This document shows positions 11,642 through 22,602 of a stretch of DNA of 64,000 nucleotides, one piece after another. Each line of letters begins with the position of its first letter. Positions within the stretch are counted from its first letter, which is position 1. The stretch lies in NCBI GenBank assembly GCA_965153355.1, contig OZ231126.1:38316001-38380000 (forward strand). Direction: 5' to 3'. This DNA comes from Flaccisagitta enflata. Taxonomy: Eukaryota. The position numbers and the translations under genes are program-made. The notes beneath the pieces are model-generated. The model searched no databases, was not told the origin of the DNA, and saw nothing but the letters and a program-made list of their open reading frames with translations.

Positions 11642-14600
11642 ATGCCTCGCTCACCACAAGGTAGCGGGATGTATCATGAGGTTAGCCCCCAGCATAGCCG
11701 CTATTATGCTAGGATCCTTGTCGATGACGCCACCAAGACTTTGAGGGAATTCCTGATAGCTCACGGCTTGGCCAGAGACTATCCGGAGCCAAAGTTTAAG
11801 CAGAGGGCAAATGATCTATTCTCTCAGGTCCAAAAAATGAAATTCGAACTGATAGAATTACCCCCATCCTTTCCACCAGATGAACAACAAAGAATAGACT
11901 CACTGATAGGAAGGATTCAGAATGAATTAGAAGGACACCCAGCCTTTTACATTCCATCAAGCGGAAATACTGCAAGTAATCCTTCGCTTCCTGCCTTCCC
12001 AATTCAAAGGGCTCCACCCGTGGTTCCTCGCGTTCACCATTCCTCCCAATCCATCTCACAGAGTCCCCCTTCCCTCATCGCATTCAGCGATAATTCCCGA
12101 GTCTCCCATCAGTTACAAAACGAGCCTATGGCCAGTTCTGACCAAGTTGAATCAGTCATTTCCGATCGGTTCTTTGACCCGCTCAGTATTCCCTCACAAG
12201 TTGCCAGTTCCTTCGATGGCCTCTCCACCATTGCAACGGTATCACGTCAAACAAACCAAGCATCACGCACGTTACGGCCATCCAAAGAACCAACGATCCC
12301 ACTTGTGCTAGAAAACAACGCCCCTCACAGAAACCATGACCAGATTATTAGAGGTCAGAAATTAAATGAACGCAATCATCAAAAACACTTGCGCTATGAT
12401 GACGCGGTCAAACAGACTAAAATCAATTCTTTGAACGCAATTGCAGCCAACCTCAGTGCTGCGGTCGATTTAATGAGGGAACTGATAATCAATAATCCTC
12501 TCGACGAAACTCCTTCGAATCAGCAAAGACAGGGCCACACAGAAAGATTGGGTGAAAGCGATCCACACACTCCTGCATCAGATTCAGATTCAGATTCTGA
12601 TACAGATTCAGATTCTGATACAGATTCAGATTCTGATACAGATTCAGATTCAGATTCTTCGGCCGAATGTGGCCCTCCTCAGCCTCAGACTTTCTGTTCC
12701 CAGATCCAGTTTCGTACTCAACCGACTCAAACTGATCACTTACTGATACAGAATCAGAACTATGTTCCTCAGTCTCAATTTCATGACAATTCCGAACAGA
12801 CTATGTCTAATCAGAACCAATCCGAGCGCACTCAAGTTAGATCTGGACCACTTCTGGACTTGGCTTGTTATCAGCCTGCTCAGTCTCATTCTCGGCCTGC
12901 TCAGTCTCATTCGCGGCCTGCTCAGTCTCATTCGCGGCCTGCTCAGTCTCATTCGCGGCCTGCTCAGTCTCATTCGCGGCCTGCTCAGACTCTCATTCAC
13001 GGCCTGCTCAGTCTCATTCGGCCTGCTCAGTCTCATTCTCGGCCGGCTCAGACTGATTGCCAATTTGCTCTAATAGACTTGGGTACCTCTTCCCCCACTT
13101 GCAGCACCGCCAGATACAGACCACAGTCCCAATCACAACAGACTCAGCATTCAGCGCAAATAATCGAAAACCAAAATACATGGCGAGCGGCAGGGCCCAG
13201 CTCGTTTGAAGCTTGGGCGAGTTCCGCAAGCCAACCACAACCACACACCACCCAACCACAACCACAACCACAGAGTAGGGAAGTGGAAAACCTTGCAAGG
13301 CTTTTCTGTGGCAATCACGATTCTACTTCTGCTCAAAACTCAGTCCGGCCTAAAACTCATGCATCTTTGCCAACGCCACCCAAGTATTATGACCCCATAC
13401 TCAGATTACCCACTCCCTCTTGGGATTCACCACAACATCAAAATGTCAATCAACATTCAAGACAGATTGACTCAGACTCACCAACCCTTTTGCGCGCGTC
13501 TGGAGTGAGTTACGCACCATCATACGCCCAACCCGCTTTGTTTCATCCTACTCCAGTTAAGGTGCAGATAAGCCATGAATTATTTGCCTCATCAAAATTT
13601 GGGATGGTTGTGTTGGCTCAGTCAAACAATCAAAGTCAGTCTGAAGACTCTTTTACCGTCATTGGCCCTGAAAACGACATCGAAGGGGCAATAGAAATTT
13701 CCTCAGAAGAAGCCGTTGAGGCCAACTCAGAAGAAGCCGTTGAGGCCAACTCAGAAGAAGCCGTTGAGGCCAACTCAGAAGAAGCCGTTGAGGCCAACTC
13801 AGAAGAAGCCGTTGAGGCCAACTCAGAAGAAGCCGTTGAGGCCAATTCAGAAGAAGCTGTTGAGGCCAACTCAGAAGAAGCCGTTGAGGCCAACTCAGAA
13901 GAAGCCGTTGAGGCCAACTCAGAAGAAGCCGTTGAGGCCAACTCAGAAGAAGCCGTTGAGGCCAACTCAGAAGAAGCCGTTGAGGCCAACTCAGAAGAAG
14001 CCGTTGAGGCCAACTCTGACGCCGAGGCTCAAGATGACGCCGAGGCTCAAGATGACGCCGAGGCTCAAGATGACGCCGAGGCTCAAGATGACGCCGAGGC
14101 TCAAGATGACGCCGAGGCTCAAGATGACGCCGAGGCTCAAGATGACGCCGAGGCTCAAGATGACGCCGAGGCTCAAGATGACGCCGAGGCTCAAGATGAC
14201 GCCGAGGCTCAAGATGACGCCGAGGCTCAAGATGACGCCGAGGCTCAAGATGACGCCGAGGCTCGAGATGACGCCGAGGCTCGAGATGACGCCGAGGCTC
14301 AAGATGACGCCGAGGCTCAAGATGACGCCGAGGCTCAAGATGACGCCGAGGCTCAAGATGACGCCGAGGCTCAAGATGACGCCGAGGCTCAAGATGACGC
14401 CGAGGCTCAAGATGACGCCGAGGCTCAAGATGACGCCATAGCTCAAGATGACGCCATAGCTCAAGATGACGCCATAGCTCAAGATGACGCCATAGCTCAA
14501 GATGACGCCACAGCTCAAGATGACGCCATAGCTCAAGATGACGCCAGCTCAAGATGACGCCATAGCTCAAGATGACGCCTAGCTCAAGATGACGCCATAG

Positions 14601-14887
14601 CTCAAGATGACGCCTAAGCTCAAGATGACGCCATAGCTCAAGGTGACGCCATAGCTCAAGGTGACGCCATAGCTCAAGATGACGCCATAGCTCAAGATGA
14701 CGCCATAGCTCAAGATGACGCCATAGCTCAAGATGACGCCATAGCTCAAGATGACGCCATAGCTCAAGATGACGCCATAGCTCAAGATGACGCCATAGCT
14801 CAAGATGACGCCATAGCTCAAGATGACGCCATAGCTCAAGATGACGCCGAGGCTCAGGACAACTATGGCATCTCAGAACTCATTTAG
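11642..14887 (+). CDS. ORF1a: putative Gag-N-terminal-like helical domain, low-complexity linker and acidic repeat tail (EEAVEANS)n(DAEAQD)n
   Basis: 971-aa ORF 11642-14557 in gag position after the LTR and leader. Small indels in the repeat at ~14546-14580 break the frame; otherwise it would end ...QDNYGISELI* at 14885-14887. No capsid or zinc-knuckle motif recognised, so Gag identity is positional inference. Confidence 0.6.
13703..14860 (+). repeat. 24-bp then 18-bp tandem arrays (tcagaagaagccgttgaggccaac; gacgccgaggctcaagat / gacgccatagctcaagat)
   Basis: Directly visible head-to-tail repeats without spacers. Confidence 0.97.
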
Positions 14888-16305
14888 TCCATTTCTACGC
14901 AAACTTCAGTCTTAGTATCAGACTCACTTGTGCATTCACATTTAGAAATGAGGACAATTTGTAAATATTGTGCATTATTTTCATTTCTCTCTTAAATTAA
15001 TGCTCTCATTTTTTGAATGATATTTGCCTGACTCTACAAGCGCGTCACATTCCCTAACAAACATGATATTTGTGTGACTCTAAAGTGGGTCACCCTTCCT
15101 TACAACAAACTAAGTCTCTCAGATGACCATGTATTGTTGTGCAACCTTATGCAATCCCAATACTAATTTCATTTTAAAGGCTTACAATGCCCGCAAGAAA
15201 AATGAAATGAATGAAGGGACTTCATCATTTAGAAATTAATCCATGGATCATTTTAGAAACGAGTCATGCTTCACCATACAACTTGGTTAACCGGAAAACC
15301 AAGCATATGGTTTTGCACGCTAATGTGAACAATTCAATTCTACTTGCATAATTCTAGATGTGGGTTATGCTTGTAGAGCTTCAGAATTTTGAACCTTGGG
15401 ATCCCAAAAAAAAACTTAAGACCTCAGAACCTCAGAACCTCAGAACCTCTCCCACTCAGCTAAGTATGGCATGAAATCCTGAAGCCGCAGAGGCGAGTTG
15501 AAAACAACGTTGGATACTGTGCCTTAATGCTTAGAAGGGAAACCTCAGAACCTCAGAACCTCTCCCACATACCTTAGTATGGTATGCAATCCTGAAGCCG
15601 CAGAGGCGAGTCGGACGCGACGCTGGACACTGAGCCTTTGAGCTCAGAAGGGAACAACAGAAACAAAACAGAACCAAAACTTTGTAAGTGAAAATAAGTG
15701 GCAGTGCACTAGCTCGTCTGTAATTCGGGCGAGTTCCGCGAGTTTTCACTCTCGAGGTATCTCCATTGTAAATATCATCATTCATTTGTCTTCACCTTTA
15801 TTGATTATGAGAATTTAACCATTTGCCATCCCCGACATAGACGTTGGAATGATAAGATGAATTAATCCGGTAATCTTAGATTCAAATGACATGTCATAAC
15901 ATGTCTAAAAGAGACAAGAAAAAACAAACGAATCAGAACATACGAAAGAACAAGAAAATACAAACGAATCAGAAAGAAAATGAAACCAAAAGGAGAATCA
16001 AAATCAGAAGAAAAGTGGTATTACTTTCAGAACAAATTGAAAAGAACAACAGATAGAAGAAGAACAGAATGATACAGAACAGATAGAAAAAGAACAGAAT
16101 GAAAAAGAACAATCAAACGCGCCAGAACAGATAGAACCCGAAGAGTCCGTTCGCCGAATGAATGGAAATAACAATTGATTCGTTCAAATTGTTCGTTCGT
16201 CAAAGAGAAGCGGATTGAATAAACGATTCCGCTGAGAAGTTAATCGTTCTTGTCGTCGATGGATCATTGTCGTATTTTTCCCGCCATCGTCTTTGTTGTT
16301 GTTGC

Positions 16306-16341
<36 letters not shown>

Positions 16342-19052
16342 GTTGTTAATGTTGTTTTTGTTGTTAGTGTTGTTTTGTCGCTGATGTTGTTTTGTTGTTG
16401 ATGTTGTTTTGTTGTTAATGTTGTTTTTGTTGTTAGTGTTGTTTTGTCGTTGATGTTGTTTTGTTGTTGATGTTGTTTTGGTTGTTGATGTTGTTTTGTT
16501 GATGTTGTTTCGTTGTTGATGTTGTTTTCGTTGTTAGTGTTGTTTCGTTGTTGTTTTGTAGCCGTCTGGTTCGCGGAGCTGCTGCAATCTACATGGCGAG
16601 CGAGACTGCCGCTCACCATCTGGTGTGATTCTCGGTGATGAAGTCGCTGACAAAAGTTATTAAATGTTCAAATTTGTTGATGCTTGAAGACTTGAAGCCA
16701 ATATTGCATAAGAGATGAGTTTCAGGCTCGCGACTTCCGTCCACACATGTCATCAGCTTTACTAGCGCCTCCTCGCCACTGTCACCAATTTCTGTCTCGC
16801 GAAAACATCAATCAGTCCAATGATTCAGAGGTGGTTGAGCAATCAACTGTCATTTATGTAGCTGTCCCAAAATACCGCTTCGTGTCGGTCAGTCCGGGTT
16901 TGGCGATAGAGTTTGAGTTCTTCTAAATCTAATGTTTCATATTCTTTTTCTCCTATTTTGATTTCTAGCAAGTCTGGTTCTTTATTGTTTTCCTCTGTTT
17001 TGTCTCATTCTGTTTCTTTCTGTTCTGACTCACTAAATTGTTTTTTTTTCGATCTGCTCTGGTTCTATCTGTTCTGGCGCGCTTGATTGTTCTTTTTCAT
17101 TCTGTTCTTTTTCTATCTGTTCTGTATCATTCTGTTCTTCTTCTATCTGTTGTTCTTTTTCTATTTGTTCTGAAAGTAATACCACTTTTCTTCTGATTTT
17201 GATTCTCCTTTTGGTTCATTTTCCCCCTGATTCGTTTGTATTATCTTGTTCTTTCGTATGTTCTGATTCGTTTGTTTTTTCTTGTCTCTTTTAGACATGT
17301 TGTGACATGTCATTTGAATCTAAGATTACCGGATTAATTCATCTTATCATTCCAACGTCTATGTCGGGGATGGTAAATGATTAAATTCTCATAATCAATA
17401 AAGGTGAAGATAAATGAATGATGATATTTACAATGGAGATACTTTGAGAGTGAAACTTGCGGAACTTGCCCAAATTACAGACGAGCTAGTGCACTGCCTC
17501 TTATTTTCACTTACAAAGTTTTGGTTCTGTTTTGTTTCTGTTGTTCCCTTCTGAGCTCAAAGGCTCAGTGTCCAGCGTCGCGTCCGACTCGCCTCTGCGG
17601 CTTCAGGATTTCATACCATCTTAAGGTATGTGGGAGAGGTTCTGAGGTTTCCCTTCTAAGCATTAAGGCACAGTATCAAACGTTGTTTTCAACTCGCCTC
17701 TGCGGCTTCAGGATTTCATGCCATACTTAGCTGAGTGGGAGAGGTTCTGAGGTTCTAAGGTTCTGAGGTTCTGAGGTTCTGAGGTCTTAAGTTTTTTGGG
17801 ATCCCAAGGTTCAAAATTCTGAAGCTCTACAAGCATAACCCACATCTAGAATTATGCAAGTAGAATTGAATTGTTCACATTAGTATGCAAAACCATATGC
17901 TTGGTTTTCCGGTTAACCAAGTTGTATGGTGAAGCATGACTCGTTTCTAAAATGATCCATGGATTAATTTCTAAATGTTGAAGTCCCTTCATTCATTTCC
18001 TTTTTCTTGTGGGCATTGTGGGCCTTTAAATGAAATTAGTAATGGGATTGCATAAGGTTGCACAACAATACATGGTCATCTGAGAGACTTAAGTTTGTTG
18101 TAAGGAAGCGTGACCCACTTGTAGAGTCACGCGAATATCATGTTGTTTGTTAGGGAATGTGACCCGCTTGTAGAGTCACGCACATATCATGTTTCAGAGA
18201 GCATTAATTTAAGAGAGAAATGAAAATAATGCACAATATTTACAAATTGTCCTCATTTCTAAATGTGGATGCACAAGTGAGTCTGACACTAAGACTGAAG
18301 TTCGCGTAGAAATGGACTAAATGAGTTCTGAGATGCCATTGTTGTCCTGAGCCTCGGCTTCATCTTGAGCTATGGCGTCATCTTGAGCTATGGCGTCATC
18401 TTGAGCTGTGGCGTCACCTTGAGCTATGGCGTCACCTTGAGCTATGGCGTCATCTTGAGCTATGGCGTCATCTTGAGCCTCGGCGTCATCTTGAGCCTCG
18501 GCGTCATCTTGAGCCTCGGCGTCATCTTGAGCCTCGGCGTCATCTTGAGCCTCGGCGTCTTCTTGAGCCTCGGCGTCTTCTTGAGCCTCGGCGTCTTCTT
18601 GAGCCTCGGCGTCTTCTTGAGCCTCGGCGTCTTCTTGAGCCTCGGCGTCTTCTTGAGCCTCGGCGTCATCTTGAGCCTCGGCGTCATCTTGAGCTCGGCG
18701 TCATCTTGAGCCTCACTTGAGCCTCGGCGCATCTTGAGCCTCGGCGTCATCTTGAGCCTCGGCGTCATCTTGAGCCTCGGCCATCTTGAGCCTGGCGTCA
18801 TCTTGAGCTCGGCGTCATCTTGAGCCTCGGCGTCATTTTGAGCCTGGCGTCATCTTGAGCCTCGGCGTCATCTTGAGCCTCGGCGTCATCTTGAGCTCGG
18901 CGTCATCTTGAGCCTCGCGTCATCTTGAGCTCGGCGTCATCTTGAGCCTCGCGTCATCTTGAGCCTCGGCGTCATCTTGAGCCTCGGCGTCATCTTGAGC
19001 CTCGGCGTCATCTTGAGCCTCGGCGTCATCTTGAGCCTCGGCTTCTGAGTTG
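14005..19052. repeat. Large inverted repeat (arms ~14005-16138 and ~17061-19052, ~920-bp loop)
   Basis: 14852 gctcaggacaactatggcatctcagaactc pairs with 18323-18352. 16110-16138 aatcaaacgcgccagaacagatagaacc pairs with 17061-17088. Confidence 0.9.
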
Positions 19053-19789
19053 GCTCTGTTTGCACCTGTTTGGGACCTGCACCCTACTGTACTCGCTGCG
19101 GCTGTGGAGCTACTCGAGTCAGATGAATGATGATCAGGTTGACTGGATCGAGTTGGGTTGTGACGGGGTGGGGGTTCAATCTGACTTTGGTCAAAAATGG
19201 GGTTAGTTCGCTTGGGGTCATTGTTAAATTGAGGATTATCATGTGGCGGTGGCGGCGCCGGTAGAAGCGGCGGCGGCGCCGGTAGAGACGGCGGCGGCGC
19301 CGGTAGAGACGGCGGCGGCGCCGGTAGAGGTGGCGGCGGCGCCAGCGGAGGCGGCGCCAATGGTGGTGATGGCGGCGCTGATGGTGGCGGCGGCGCTGAT
19401 GGTGGCGGCGGTTTTGTAGCCGCAGTTCCGTCGAGGAAAGACTGAGTGAGAGTCGGATCAATAGCAACTAACGCTGGAATGTTATAGGCTGGATGACGTT
19501 CTAATGCGCACTGAATCAATCCTATCATGGTGTATATCGTTTCTTGTTCGTCTGAGGGGAAAGTTGGGGGTAATTTTGTAAGCTCACATTTCACCTCTTC
19601 GACCAGAGAGCGTAAATCATTCGCCCCTTTCTTAAATCGTGGTTTTGAATCGTCTCTGCCCATGTTGTGAACTCTCAGGAATTCCTGCATTAAGTCGGCA
19701 GCGTCACTGACAAGATCCTCGGCGTGACGGCTGACGTGTTTGGAGTCAACGTCATGATACGTCCCTTTACCCTGTGGTAAGCCAGACAT
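18317..19789 (-). CDS. ORF1b: divergent paralog of the ORF1 N-terminal domain with polyproline linker and the same DAEAQD tail
   Basis: The first ~105 aa align without gaps to ORF1a at about half identity by manual count (PQGxGxYH, EFL, RD, FK, ANDL, LPPxFPxDEQ, HPA). ORF track 18920-19789. The tail has several 1-nt indels and ends in the same GISELI*. Confidence 0.6.
18347..19052 (-). repeat. 18-bp tandem array, inverted copy
   Basis: ggcgtcatcttgagcctc units, with many 1-nt indels at ~18690-18960. Confidence 0.95.
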
Positions 19790-20413
19790 ATTGACGGGTT
19801 ACTTTCTGGGGTGAGCAGAGATTTGGACGATAAAATCGCCCTTCCGGAAGTCCTCAGTTTCCGAGGCGTAATCGGCGAAAATCTAGCTGATGCAGGACTC
19901 ATCGGGAGTTAATGATCTCGCTATTTTAGGTCAAGGTTTTACCAGCCGAAGTTAGGGAACGGGTCCCTGTGGCAGAGATGGAACTGGCGACGTGATTCTA
20001 TTCACTGTCTTTTTCACTTTATTTTCTATCTTTTATGCTCCTCGTTTACTCTTTTTCTTTTTATCTTTTGGGATTCTTTTTAACTTTCGAGTTCTTTCTT
20101 TCCAAGTTCTCTATTTCCTTACAAATTCTGCGAATATTATCTCTGACTCATAGTTTCTTTCATTTCTTCAACTTTCTAAGTTCTGAGTAGAAACAAATCG
20201 CGGAACTGGCCCGAGCTACAGACGAGCGGGCACGGCCGCTCTCCGTCCTCGGTTTGGCAGGGTGACTTCGTGTTTTCTATTTTTCTTTTAATTTTTTTTT
20301 TCTTTTTCTAATTCTTTCTTTCCGAGTATTTCTTCTTTTCTTTTTCTTTTCTTTTTCTTTTCTTTTTCTTCCTTTTCTTTTTCTTTTTCTTTTATTCGTC
20401 CTCTCCTTGGCCT

Positions 20414-21982
20414 TTGGCCGCCACTGGTAAGATAGCCGAGTGGAGGTGGAAAGTGAGACGCATTGCTATCATTAGGCGAGTCTTGTTAAAATTGAGGGAA
20501 GTGGTTAAGAATAAAAAAGAAAACCTGGTGAGTTCCAGATTGCGATCAGGAAATAATAAATCCAAAGAAAAATTACGCATTCATCTAAGTGAGGAAGAAA
20601 AGGAGGCTGCTGAGTATCTTTTGATCAGATCAATCCAAAGTGAGGAATTTGAGAAAGAAACAACCAAATTAATCAAATTAGGCATTTTCTCACCTAACAC
20701 TATCCACGATATGAACATCAAAGATACCAAATTAGCAAAATTATGCCCCTTCCTAGACTCACATAATGTCATGCGAGCAGGTGGTAGAATAGCCAAAGCT
20801 GAGTATCTGCCATACAACCACAGATACCCCATCATACTTCCAAACAGCACTTCAGAACCCATTAGGGCACTTATAAGGCACTACCACCAGGCCCATTACA
20901 AAAGATTCCACTGCACAGTGCAACAAACTTACTACCTTCTGAGAACCAAATATTTCATACTTGGTGGCAAAAATTCAGTCAGAAGTGTTTTGAGTAAATG
21001 CATAGTCTGTCAGAAACTTTCAAAACGCAAGGCAGCACAAAAGGAAGGTGATCTACCACTCGAAAGGATGGCAATGGTACCCCCATTTTACCATTGTGGT
21101 TTAGATTGCCTAGGACCCTTCCATTTGAGACATACAGGCAGAAACACCCGCAAGCAATTCGTGCTCATTGCATGCTGCATGTCCACTCGTGCCATTACTT
21201 TAGTGCCACTTCGCGATATGACCACCTCTAGCATCATAAATTCACTGATCAAAATCCACTCACAGTTTCCCGCCCTTAAAAATTTGTACTCTGACAATGG
21301 GTCAAATTTTAAGGGCGCAGACAGAGAAATTAGGGAAGCAGTGGCAGCTTGGAAAAAAGAGGATTTAGATGAGAGGTTAAGCGATCTGGAACTCACTTGG
21401 ACCTTTGGGCCGGCCTATTGTGGTAGCGCCGGAGGGAGTTGGGAGCGTTTAATAGGATTGTCAAAGAAACTATTAAGAAGTGTAATTGGTGACAAAAACA
21501 TCGATATTGAGGATTTTGAAACCTTGTTGGCAGGAGCCAGTTCTATCATGAATCGTCGTCCACTGATGCCGGCATCGGCAGATGTAGACGATGATCAGAT
21601 TTTAACTCCAAGTCATTTCCTCTATCCTTACCTATTCACTTCTGACGCTACTCATATTCTCCCTCCTCAGGCCGAACACAATCACGTCCTGAAACACGGG
21701 TGGAAGTGCTCCCAATTTCTCCTCGATCAATTTTGGCGAAGGTTCAGCACGGAATACATTCAAGAACTGATAAAAAGAAACAAACAAAACACGACGCCTA
21801 TCAAAGTAAACACGCTGGTCCTCATCGAAGACGTGGAAGCTTCGAGAGAATCATGGAAAGTCGGTCGAATAGTAGACATTCTCAACGGTGACAAAACCCA
21901 CGGAAGAAGGTTTAAAATCCGATTAGCCTCTGGGAAAACTATCGATCGTCATATATCATCGTGTGTAATTCTTGAGACCTAA
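20414..21982 (+). CDS. Isolated BEL/Pao integrase (RNase H-IN linker, HHCC, DDE core, DUF5641-like C-terminus)
   Basis: Pao-type motifs: LCPFLD...RAGGRI...YPIILP, H..YH...CIVC, GLDCLGPF (D), SDNGSNFKGA (D), GGSWERLIG (E), NRRPL, LTPSHFL, FWRRFSTEYI, WKVGRI. It is 5'-truncated, opening on TTG with no RT or RNase H upstream. Confidence 0.92.
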   Translation: MAATGKIAEWRWKVRRIAIIRRVLLKLREVVKNKKENLVSSRLRSGNNKSKEKLRIHLSEEEKEAAEYLLIRSIQSEEFEKETTKLIKLGIFSPNTIHDMNIKDTKLAKLCPFLDSHNVMRAGGRIAKAEYLPYNHRYPIILPNSTSEPIRALIRHYHQAHYKRFHCTVQQTYYLLRTKYFILGGKNSVRSVLSKCIVCQKLSKRKAAQKEGDLPLERMAMVPPFYHCGLDCLGPFHLRHTGRNTRKQFVLIACCMSTRAITLVPLRDMTTSSIINSLIKIHSQFPALKNLYSDNGSNFKGADREIREAVAAWKKEDLDERLSDLELTWTFGPAYCGSAGGSWERLIGLSKKLLRSVIGDKNIDIEDFETLLAGASSIMNRRPLMPASADVDDDQILTPSHFLYPYLFTSDATHILPPQAEHNHVLKHGWKCSQFLLDQFWRRFSTEYIQELIKRNKQNTTPIKVNTLVLIEDVEASRESWKVGRIVDILNGDKTHGRRFKIRLASGKTIDRHISSCVILET

Positions 21983-22602
21983 AGAACACAGTGGGATCGT
22001 CGACCCACGGGAGGACGCGTGTAATAGAATCATTTCATTTAGACTATGTTTTACAGTCAGTCGTGAGTTTCACATTTCAGTAATTAGTATTGAGTTCTGA
22101 GGTTTCCCTTCTAAGCATTAAGGCACAGTATCCAACGTTGTTTTCAACTCGCCTCTGCGGCTTCAGGATTTCATGCCATACTTAGCTGAGTGGGAGAGGT
22201 TCTGAGGTTCTAAGGTTCTGAGGTTCTGAGGTCTTAAGTTTTTTGGGATCCCAAGGTTCAAAATTCTGAAGCTCTACAAGCATAACCCACATCTAGAATT
22301 ATGCAAGTAGAATTGAATTGTTCACATTAGTATGCAAAACCATATGCTTGGTTTTCCGGTTAACCAAGTTGTATGGTGAAGCAAAACTCGTTTCTAAAAT
22401 GATCCATGGATTAATTTTTAAATAATGAAGTCACTTCATTCACTTCATTTTTCTTGCGGGCATTGTGGGCCTTTAAAATGAAATTAGCGATTTTATCTGA
22501 ATTTCTATCAAATGATGCGCAATATTTACAAATTGTCCCTATTTCTAAATGTCCATGCACAAGTGAGTCTGATACTAAGACTGAAGTTTGCGTAGAAATG
22601 GA

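Noticed and set aside
12577-12660. SD repeat suggesting a staphylococcal Sdr adhesin
   Set aside because: A short microsatellite-like expansion inside a retroelement ORF, with no signal peptide or LPXTG.
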